A stretch of 48,185 nt of DNA from an uncultured Prevotellaceae bacterium. GTDB lineage: Bacteria > Bacteroidota > Bacteroidia > Bacteroidales > Bacteroidaceae. Below the pieces are notes generated by a model. That model had not been told where the DNA came from. It was given only the letters and a program-made list of their open reading frames with translations, and made no database searches. The stretch spans positions 1 to 48,185 of the forward strand of contig CAMOSA010000001.1 in assembly GCA_946624335.1 (NCBI GenBank). Reading direction: 5' to 3'. Shown here in pieces: positions 29,483 to 36,511 of the stretch (position 1 is the stretch's first letter; the number at the start of each line of letters is the position of its first letter). The translations under genes and the position numbers were made by a program.

Positions 29483-29514
29483 TCATCAAAAACGCCCATT
29501 TCATCGGGGATTTT
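29440..29514 (+). repeat. Right copy of the ~75-nt imperfect direct repeat
   Basis: See 26172-26247. The two copies lie 3268 nt apart. Confidence 0.85.
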
Positions 29515-29582
29515 CGACCGTGATGGGATAGTCGTTATTATACACTGGCATGGGCTTCAGCGTTGTTTTTATTTTTTTATTT

Positions 29583-29605
29583 CAAAAGTACCGCACATGT
29601 CACAG
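29583..29605. repeat. Left arm of a perfect 23-nt inverted repeat
   Basis: CAAAAGTACCGCACATGTCACAG is the exact reverse complement of 30148-30170. It contains a minus-strand TACTTTTG box. Confidence 0.9.
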
Positions 29606-29750
29606 GAAAGTGAAAAGTTGAAACGTTGAAAAGTTCTTCGCAGAGCGAAGCGAGCAGAGCTCGAGCGGAAACGTTGAAAGGTTGAAACGTTGAAAGGTTG
29701 AAAAGTGAAGAGTGAAAAGTGAAAGAATGAAAAGTGAAAATGTGAACGCT
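29606..29750. repeat. Purine-rich short tandem repeats (GAAAGGTTGAAACGTTGAAA / GTGAAAAGTGAAAG)
   Basis: Direct reading of the sequence. The track ORFs here translate as FQRFNVSTFQRF-type low-complexity sequence. Confidence 0.85.
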
Positions 29751-29998
29751 CGGCTCGAAGAGACGCTTGACACCTCAAGAAGGGAAAAATAAGAGTTACC
29801 AGTGCTGCTGGTCTCTCCCCCCTTTTGGGGATAGCGAGGAAAAAGGTGATTCTTTGCCACCTGCGAGAGTGACCGAGCTTATGTGCTAATGCGTCCCTTA
29901 GCTTCTGCGTTTCCTTACCGTCTCAAAGCCACTTTCGACCATTCACATTCGGGGATGTGAGCGGTCATGCGACAATAAGATGGAGTTGTTGGGCGTAA

Positions 29999-30105
29999 AC
30001 CCTTAAGGCTTTCACCTTAAACCCTTTACCCTTTTACCACCGACCCTTAAGGCTTTCGGCCCAAACCCTTGAGCCTTTTGCCCCAGCCCCTTAAGGCTTT
30101 CGGCC
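29999..30105. repeat. Degenerate ~44-nt repeats containing CCCTTAAGGCTTTC
   Basis: CCCTTAAGGCTTTC occurs at about 29999, 30044 and 30087. Confidence 0.65.
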
Positions 30106-30147
30106 AGCCCACCCTTTTCACATGGCAAAAGCCCTTTTTTCGCTCAT

Positions 30148-30170
30148 CTGTGACATGTGCGGTACTTTTG
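30148..30170. repeat. Right arm of the perfect 23-nt inverted repeat
   Basis: CTGTGACATGTGCGGTACTTTTG. It contains a plus-strand TACTTTTG box at 30163-30170, followed by an A9 run. Confidence 0.9.
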
Positions 30171-30227
30171 CAAAAAAAAATTGTTTTTTCGGCAATAGTA
30201 CCGGCCTCATAGGAGGGTGCGGAAACA

Positions 30228-30332
30228 CACATAGGTTCGTGGGCCGATGCACATAGGTTCGTGGGCTGATGCACATAGGTTCGTGGGCCGATGCACATAG
30301 GTTCGTAGGCTGACACACATAGGTGTGTGTGG
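30228..30332. repeat. 22-nt tandem repeat, 4 full units plus a partial fifth
   Basis: Unit CACATAGGTTCGTGGGCYGATG starts at 30228, 30250, 30272, 30294 and 30316. The period is not a multiple of 3. Confidence 0.9.
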
Positions 30333-30666
30333 AAGATTACTCGGGTAACTAAGTAAAGTTGGTTGGGTGAGCGTATGGACGTTGGGGCGGGAGCGTATGG
30401 ACGTGTGCGGTGAGGCGACGATAGGTGGCTGCGTCCTGATGTGGTGTGGAAAAGCAGAAAAGCGTTAAAAAGTTTGGTGAGATGGCGAAAAGTGTGTATT
30501 TTCGCGGCGGAGAAGACGGATTCGTGCGACGAACGGTTCGGGCGCTGCGTGCGACGAACGGGGCCGGTCCGTATATTCGTTGAGATAAAGGCAACTCACT
30601 GATGACCCTGCTCGGACAGGCGTGAGAGGCTTCTCCGTACATTCGTTGAAATAAAGGTTTGTCGAT

Positions 30667-32202
30667 ATGACGTGGCAACAGATATCTTTTAGCTTCGGGC
30701 GTCTGCTGGCGACTGTGCTGGCGGCGCTGCTGTCTGGCGGCGTGTGCGCTCAGGGCGTGACGCCGGCTGACCGCTATCCGGTGAATTTCGACCGCGACGC
30801 GGCGCGGACGCGTATGGACCGCGTGCTGGCGGCTGTCATCCTGAACGGACAGACCATCACGACGGGCGATCCACAACGGATGTATTACGACCTGACGTCG
30901 CAGCAGTTTGCCGTGCGGCCGGGTCAGCGCGTGTCGCCCCATTTCCTGTACTCTGCCTCGTGGATGCAGGGCTATGTCTATGCCGACTGGAACGGCAACG
31001 GACGCTTCGACGTGACGATGCCTGGTCCTCAGGGCCAGCTGGAGGCGGACAACGAGCTGCTCTGTTTTGCCGCGATGGGACTGGAGGGCGGCAACTACGA
31101 CAGCGCGGGACAGCAGCACGCCAACCTCAACGTCGTGCAGCCGCCGGCCTTCACCATCCCGGAGGATGTGGCGCCGGGGCGCTACGTCATGAGGTGGAAG
31201 GTGGACTGGAACAGCTGTGACGCGGGCGGACGCATGGACGACGCGAACCCCATCATCGCCAACGGCGGCGCCATCGTCGACGTGACGCTGTGCGTGATGC
31301 CACGTGACAGCGAGGGCTATGAGGGCTACGACTTGGTCTTTGCTGACGAGTTCGACCAGCCCGACGGCAGTGCCCCGGATGCCTCGCGGTGGCGTGTGCC
31401 GGCGCGGCGTGGCTCGACTTGGAACCGGTGGATCAGTAGCTCGGACGAGGTGGCCTTCGTCAAGAACGGTGCCCTGGTGTGCCGTGCCGTCCCCAACGCA
31501 GACCGGGCGGCTGACGATGTGGCGATGCTGACCGGCGCCGTGGAGACGCAGGGCCTGTTCGCCTTCACCTACGGAAGGGTCGAGGTGCGTCTGCGCACGA
31601 AGCCCTTCGCGGGCAACTTCCCAGCGGCCTGGATGATGCCTCAACCACCGTGTGCGACATGGCCAAACGCCGGTGAAATCGACATTTTCGAGGCAATCGA
31701 TGCGCGCAACACATCGTACCATACGATACACTCGCACTGGAGCTACGACCTCGGTCATCGCACGGATCCCGTGAGTTCCTTCACCCGCGACGTCAAGGTG
31801 GCGCAATGGCATGTCTATGGCCTGGAATGGGTGGAGGACCTGCTGGTTTTCACCGTGGACGGCGAGGTGGCGGGGACGTATGCGCGCAGCAGCGATGCCG
31901 GCGTCCTCGGTCAGGGGCAATGGCCTTTCGACCATCCGTTCTACTTGATCCTGAACCAGAGCGTCGGCGACGGCTCGTGGGCGCGTGCCGCCGACACGTC
32001 GCACACCTACGAGACGTACTTCGACTATGTCCGCGTCTATCAACGGCGTGAGGGCGATGACGACGGTCTCGGCGCTGTGCGGGACGGTCGTGACGGTCGT
32101 GGCGAAGGTGCGTGGTATGACCTTAGCGGACGCCGTGTTGCTCCGTCGCAGGTCAGGAAAGGTTTCTTCATAAACAATGGACGCAAGTATGTCATCAGGT
32201 GA
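30667..32202 (+). CDS. GH16-family glycoside hydrolase (beta-glucanase-like) with an N-terminal accessory domain
   Basis: Signal peptide, then the GH16 catalytic signature GEIDIFE (ExDxxE) within a typical jelly-roll context (FEMRAK-like RVEVRLRTK...WMMP). The C-terminal ~30 aa YDLSGRRV...GFFINNGRKYVIR resemble the short C-terminal tail seen on secreted Bacteroidales proteins. Confidence 0.8.
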   Translation: MTWQQISFSFGRLLATVLAALLSGGVCAQGVTPADRYPVNFDRDAARTRMDRVLAAVILNGQTITTGDPQRMYYDLTSQQFAVRPGQRVSPHFLYSASWMQGYVYADWNGNGRFDVTMPGPQGQLEADNELLCFAAMGLEGGNYDSAGQQHANLNVVQPPAFTIPEDVAPGRYVMRWKVDWNSCDAGGRMDDANPIIANGGAIVDVTLCVMPRDSEGYEGYDLVFADEFDQPDGSAPDASRWRVPARRGSTWNRWISSSDEVAFVKNGALVCRAVPNADRAADDVAMLTGAVETQGLFAFTYGRVEVRLRTKPFAGNFPAAWMMPQPPCATWPNAGEIDIFEAIDARNTSYHTIHSHWSYDLGHRTDPVSSFTRDVKVAQWHVYGLEWVEDLLVFTVDGEVAGTYARSSDAGVLGQGQWPFDHPFYLILNQSVGDGSWARAADTSHTYETYFDYVRVYQRREGDDDGLGAVRDGRDGRGEGAWYDLSGRRVAPSQVRKGFFINNGRKYVIR

Positions 32203-32794
32203 CGGGCGCAGCCTGCGGCTGCCGATGGGCTATCTGGCGCCCGTGGCGTGGTACGCCGCCGTAGCGACGGCCGACGCGGTCGTCGTGGAACAGTATGAGC
32301 ACTACGTGAAGCAGACGTGGCGCAACCGATGCCGTATAGCGATGCCCGACGGGCCGCAGGATCTGGTCGTGCCCGTCGTGGCAGCTCCGAACCATACGCC
32401 GATGCGTGACATCCGCATCAGCGACCACGGCAACTGGCGCCACCACCACTGGAACGCGCTGCGCACGGCTTACGGCAAGAGTCCTTTCTTCGAATACTAC
32501 GCCGATGACTTCGCCCCTTTCTATGAGCGTAGGATAACGTTTTTGGCCGATTTCATCGAGGAATTGTGGCTCACGACGGCCTCGCTCATCGACATCGACA
32601 CGCCGGTGGTGCGGAGCGAGTGCTATGTCGGTGCGACGGACTTCGAGGCGCTCCCCGTGCCGACGCGACCTTACTACCAGGTCTTCAGTCAGCGCCTGGG
32701 CTTCCTGCCCAACCTGAGCATCGTCGACCTGCTCTTCAATATGGGGCCAGAGAGTATATTGTATTTGAAGACCCACCCCCAACCCCTCCCGTGA
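32177..32794 (+). CDS. WbqC-family protein
   Basis: YLAPVAWYAAV...VVVEQYEHYVKQTWRNRCRI...LVVPV matches the WbqC-like N-terminal pattern. The start is ambiguous (32177 or 32189), and the gene overlaps the GH16 stop. Its last codons and stop lie inside the 32771-32802 repeat arm. Confidence 0.7.
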   Translation: MDASMSSGDGRSLRLPMGYLAPVAWYAAVATADAVVVEQYEHYVKQTWRNRCRIAMPDGPQDLVVPVVAAPNHTPMRDIRISDHGNWRHHHWNALRTAYGKSPFFEYYADDFAPFYERRITFLADFIEELWLTTASLIDIDTPVVRSECYVGATDFEALPVPTRPYYQVFSQRLGFLPNLSIVDLLFNMGPESILYLKTHPQPLP

Positions 32795-32802
32795 GGGAGG
32801 GG
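32771..32802. repeat. Left arm of a 32-nt inverted repeat that is itself a GC hairpin
   Basis: ACCCACCCCCAACCCCTCCCGTGAGGGAGGGG. Its reverse complement matches 33158-33189 at 31 of 32 positions. Confidence 0.9.
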
Positions 32803-32813
32803 AGTGGCTGGCG

Positions 32814-33107
32814 CATTGACGTCCAGTGGGAAGGAAAGTCTCCCCTCACGGGGAGATTTAGGGGGCTTTCCCATTGACGTCCAGTGGAAAGGGAAGTCTC
32901 CCCTCACGGGGAGATTTAGAGGGGTCTTCCCATTGACGTCCAGTGGAAAGGAAAGTCTCCCCTCACGGGGAGATTTAGAGGGGTCTTCCCATTGACGTCC
33001 AGTGGAAAGGGAAGTCTCCCCTCACGGGGAGATTTAGAGGGGTCTTCCCATTGACGTCCAGTGGAAAGGAAAGTCTCCCTTCACGGGGAGATTTAGAGGG
33101 GTTTTCT
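32814..33107. repeat. 59-nt tandem repeat, 5 units
   Basis: Units start at 32814, 32872, 32931, 32990 and 33049. The unit is CATTGACGTCCAGTGGAAAGGRAAGTCTCCCCTCACGGGGAGATTTAGAGGGGTCTTCC and contains a 7-bp hairpin TCTCCCC/GGGGAGA. Confidence 0.92.
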
Positions 33108-33157
33108 CTCATGAGGTAGGGGAGAGGCTGGCGCGTAGTTAACGACAGGACATGAGC

Positions 33158-33189
33158 CCCCTCCCTTACGGGAGGGGTTGGGGGTGGGT
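33158..33189. repeat. Right arm of the 32-nt inverted repeat
   Basis: CCCCTCCCTTACGGGAGGGGTTGGGGGTGGGT. Confidence 0.9.
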
Positions 33190-33201
33190 CTGTGTGGGCT
33201 T

Positions 33202-34518
33202 TCACTCATAGATGACCGTCAGCAGGCGTGAGGGCTCGAAGATGTCGGCAGCTATGGCTTGGAGGTCGTCGGCCCGCAAGGCGTTGATGTGTTCGCACTG
33301 TTGCTCGAGCGTCGGCACGTGCTGCGTGAGCAGATAGCGCTTGGCCATGCCGAGGGCATTGTTCTCGAAGCTGTCGGTGGCTACGCTCATCTGTCCGCAC
33401 AGCTGTCGTTTGGCGGCTGCCAGGGCTCGCGGCGTGAGGGGCTTGTCGATTAGCCTGCGCAGCTCGCGGTGTACGAGTCGCAGGCAGCGGCGCACATCGG
33501 CGTGGTCGCAGCCGAAGTAGACGGCCCACGTGCTGGTGTCGGTGTAGGCGCTGAGGGAGCTCTCGACGGCATAGACGAGGCCCGAGTGTTCGCGCAGCGC
33601 GAGTGAGAGGCGTGAGTTCATGGCGGGACCGCCGAGGAGGTTGTTCAGCAGCGCAAGCCCGATATAGCGCTCATCCGTGAGGCCGTAGGCCGACGTGCCC
33701 ATCATGACATGAGCCTGATGGGTGGACTTGTGGATGATGAAGGGAGAGGTTGGCGCTTGGTATTCAAGAGGATAGGCAATCCCTCCTCCCTGACGGGTAG
33801 CGAAGGAAATATCGGTTTGACTAAATGTAAAGCCGTCCTGAGCGACCGAAGCAGAACTCCTCTGCTGAGGATGGGTAAGGCCGGGGGTGGGTGTGCTGGG
33901 GGCTGCAGTGTGATTAAGGCATCTCCTCACTTCTTTCTCGGTGACTTGTCCTTTGACGAAGAGGATGGCGCGGTCGGGGGTATAGAGGCGGCGTACGAAG
34001 CGCTGGAGGTCGGCCGTGGCGTACGACCTCAGGCTGTCGGCATCGCCGAGGATGCGTCGTCCGAGGGGATGGTCGCGGTAGAGCAGCGCCTCGAAGTCAT
34101 CGTAGATGAGGTCCGACGGCGAGTCGTTGTAGCTCTCGATCTCGTCGATGACGACTTCGCGTTCCTTCTCGAGTTCTGCCTGTGGGTAGAGGCTGTTGAA
34201 GGTGATGTCGGTGAGCAGCGAGAGGGCGCGGCTGAGGTGCTGTCGCGGGAAGGTGGAGTAATAGACCACTTCCTCCTTGCCGGTGTAGGCGTTCAGGTCG
34301 CCGCCGACGCTCTCCATGCGGTTGAGAATCTGCAGTGACGTCAGGCGTGGCGTGCCCTTGAAGGTCATGTGCTCCACGAAATGTGCCATGCCTGCCTCGT
34401 GAGGCAGCTCGTAGCGCGTGCCGGCGGCTACGGCGATGCCGGCATAGACGACATTGGCCGACGCAGCATCATCGATGATGACGCGCAAGCCGTTGTCCAA
34501 CTGGAAGTAAGATAGCAT
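33202..34518 (-). CDS. M16-family (pitrilysin/insulinase-like) zinc peptidase
   Basis: Inverted zinc motif HFVEH in GMAHFVEHMTFKGT, with a downstream Glu region. Confidence 0.88.
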   Translation of the reverse strand: MLSYFQLDNGLRVIIDDAASANVVYAGIAVAAGTRYELPHEAGMAHFVEHMTFKGTPRLTSLQILNRMESVGGDLNAYTGKEEVVYYSTFPRQHLSRALSLLTDITFNSLYPQAELEKEREVVIDEIESYNDSPSDLIYDDFEALLYRDHPLGRRILGDADSLRSYATADLQRFVRRLYTPDRAILFVKGQVTEKEVRRCLNHTAAPSTPTPGLTHPQQRSSASVAQDGFTFSQTDISFATRQGGGIAYPLEYQAPTSPFIIHKSTHQAHVMMGTSAYGLTDERYIGLALLNNLLGGPAMNSRLSLALREHSGLVYAVESSLSAYTDTSTWAVYFGCDHADVRRCLRLVHRELRRLIDKPLTPRALAAAKRQLCGQMSVATDSFENNALGMAKRYLLTQHVPTLEQQCEHINALRADDLQAIAADIFEPSRLLTVIYE

Positions 34519-34578
34519 GATGGCGGCAGAAAAGGGGTTTGTCGGATGGCGTGTGGCCTCGTGGGACGACGGGCGTCA

Positions 34579-35769
34579 TCAGAAGTCGCGGAAGTCGGTG
34601 TTGCTGCACTGACGGATGGCTACGCACTCCATCTCGATGAGCCACGTGGGTCGGCATACGGGTGCCAGGGTGATGACATAAGGGGTTGAGGGGAACTTGC
34701 TGGCAAACATACGGCTGACGATGTCGTAGTCGGCAACGTCGCGCAGGTAGACGATGATCTGTGCGATGTCGTCGAAGGTCGTCTCGGCCTCGGCGAGCAG
34801 TGCTTCGACGTTTTCCCACATTCGCTCAGTCTGTCGGACGATGTCGCCGACATGCACTACCTCACCCTTGTTGTTGATGGATGCCGTGCCGCTGATGTAG
34901 ACATGGCGGCGGTCGCCGTAGTCGACACGTGTGCCGCGCTCGAAGGTGACGCCGTACTCATAAGTGGAGTTGAGGTGCGTGCGGGCGTAGAGGTAGTGCT
35001 GCTGGTCGGGCTGAAAGCCGGTGAGGGCGTATGTGCCGAGCTGTACGAGAGCCCGTGTGTCGGCCGGCAGTCCTCCGATGCCAGTGGACGAGATATAATG
35101 TGTCTTCTCTGTGAGCCCCTGCTGGATAAAGTTTTCGCGTCGTGCCCTGACCATGCCGGCGTATTGCGTGTCGACGTCCCTGACATAGAACCATGTTCGT
35201 ACGCAATTGTTTGCAAGCGTGGCGCCGAAGCGTTGCAGCAGCTCCTCGTAGGCGGTGAGCAGGTTCTCGGTCTGGCAGGCGCTGTCACCGCTGTGCTCGT
35301 GCATGCCCATCTTCCACAGGTGCTGGTATCCGTTGTGGCGTGCGATGACGAGTCCGTCGTGGTTCTCGACGCTCATGTCGTGCACGAGGTATAGCCATGC
35401 TGCCACCTTCGAGCCGTCGAGGGGCGGCTGCTGGATGCAGCTGACGGAGCAGTCGCGGTCGATGCGCACGAGGGGTTGCTGGTTGGTGGCATCGCTCAGG
35501 AAATAGCGCTTGAAGATGGTCTGCGAGCCGACGCACTGCGGAATGGCCAGCAGGGCTTGTTCGGCACGGTAGATGCGGTCGAACTGCCCGGCAAAGAGCT
35601 CGCCGCGCGGCTCCACGTGGAGGATGGCGTGCTGCTCCTTGATCTTGCCTTCGGGCGCGAAGGTCGAGAGTTCGGCCGTCACGCCCAAGGCGCTGAAATG
35701 TATTCTCTCGGTATTCAATGTATGATGTCTTTTTTTCCTAATCCTTAAATCTTCAATCCTCAGCGGCAC
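34579..35769 (-). CDS. Cytoplasmic two-domain YjgF/RidA-fold protein, possibly an FkbO/Hyg5/XanB2-type chorismatase
   Basis: The C-terminal ~125 aa (VYISGTASINNKGEVVHVGDIVRQTERMWENVEALL...IEMECVA) have a classic RidA/YjgF pattern. Length and N-terminal extension fit the chorismatase family. No signal peptide. A 17-nt overlap with the upstream gene suggests translational coupling. Confidence 0.5.
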   Translation of the reverse strand: MPLRIEDLRIRKKRHHTLNTERIHFSALGVTAELSTFAPEGKIKEQHAILHVEPRGELFAGQFDRIYRAEQALLAIPQCVGSQTIFKRYFLSDATNQQPLVRIDRDCSVSCIQQPPLDGSKVAAWLYLVHDMSVENHDGLVIARHNGYQHLWKMGMHEHSGDSACQTENLLTAYEELLQRFGATLANNCVRTWFYVRDVDTQYAGMVRARRENFIQQGLTEKTHYISSTGIGGLPADTRALVQLGTYALTGFQPDQQHYLYARTHLNSTYEYGVTFERGTRVDYGDRRHVYISGTASINNKGEVVHVGDIVRQTERMWENVEALLAEAETTFDDIAQIIVYLRDVADYDIVSRMFASKFPSTPYVITLAPVCRPTWLIEMECVAIRQCSNTDFRDF

Positions 35770-36466
35770 CGTTGTTGATCCAGTTGTCGATGAGGGTGAT
35801 GGTGTTCTGCTCCTTGATCATGTTGGAATGGTCAAAGCGTACGCCGGCCTCGGAGTCGCCGTGTATGACCTTGTGGAGGAGGCTTGTGGCGGCGCTGCCT
35901 GGCACGACCCTCATGCCGCCTGCTTCGATGCGTGCCGGATGGTTGACGAGCTGAGCGTAGCTCTGTCCTTCGACGAGGGTGAGATCGCCGGCCGGCGTGG
36001 CGCCGAGGCCGTGGCAGCGGGCGCAGGTGCCGGTGAAGACGAGGTCTTGTATCGTCTTGTACATGCCGAGGTCTACGTTGCCAGCGTCGAGGTACACGGT
36101 GTCGCCCTGCAGTTGCTGAGCCGACACCGTGGCGAAGGTGGCGATGCGCTCGCGCAGGCGGTTGGTGACGCACAGCTCGATGGTGGCTATATCGTCGCTG
36201 GTGAGGCTGAGCGTCGTGACCTCATCGCTGTCGAGCAGGCGCTTCTGGACGATGGCGTTACTGTTGCCCTCGGCAAAGCCTGCCAGCACGATGCTGTACT
36301 GGCTGCTCCACGAGTCGATGCCCGTGATGTGCGCCGTGAGCTTGGCGATCTTGCCTGACGTCTGGACGCGCTCGTCGTGCTCTTCGATGTCGCCTTCGTC
36401 ACAGCCGAGGAGCGTCAGCGATGCCAAAAGCGCTGCAAAGATAAGCTTGTTTCTTCTCATTCTCAT
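35753..36466 (-). CDS. Lipoprotein with a single c-type haem-binding motif
   Basis: Lipobox LTLLGC. CXXCH motif in TGTCARCHG, followed by a segment resembling planctomycete-type cytochrome c domains (LVNHPARIEAGGMRVVPGSAATSLL). Confidence 0.6.
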   Translation of the reverse strand: MRMRRNKLIFAALLASLTLLGCDEGDIEEHDERVQTSGKIAKLTAHITGIDSWSSQYSIVLAGFAEGNSNAIVQKRLLDSDEVTTLSLTSDDIATIELCVTNRLRERIATFATVSAQQLQGDTVYLDAGNVDLGMYKTIQDLVFTGTCARCHGLGATPAGDLTLVEGQSYAQLVNHPARIEAGGMRVVPGSAATSLLHKVIHGDSEAGVRFDHSNMIKEQNTITLIDNWINNGAAED

Positions 36467-36511
36467 ACTCTTTTTGATTTATTAACAAAAAAGTAATGCT
36501 CTGCGATGAGC

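Noticed and set aside
29569-29860. Two 69-86-aa minus-strand ORFs (FQRFNVSTFQRF-like), plus the 66-89-aa ORFs at 30047-30318.
   Set aside because: Both sets are translations of short tandem repeats. The repeat periods are not multiples of 3, the sequences are low-complexity, and there is no start context.
30349-32043. 564-aa ORF antisense to the GH16 gene.
   Set aside because: The plus-strand frame carries a signal peptide and the GH16 ExDxxE catalytic motif. The antisense product is Arg/His/Val-rich with no recognisable motif.
32814-33107. Possible CRISPR array, given its regular ~59-nt periodicity and hairpin-forming units.
   Set aside because: The units are contiguous and nearly identical over their full length, so there are no unique spacers. 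There are also no cas genes and no leader-like AT-rich flank in the window. It is a tandem repeat, not a CRISPR array.
32804-33205. 63-aa plus-strand and 76-aa minus-strand ORFs across the 59-mer array.
   Set aside because: The reading frames rotate through the 59-nt repeat, so they are products of repeat periodicity rather than genes.
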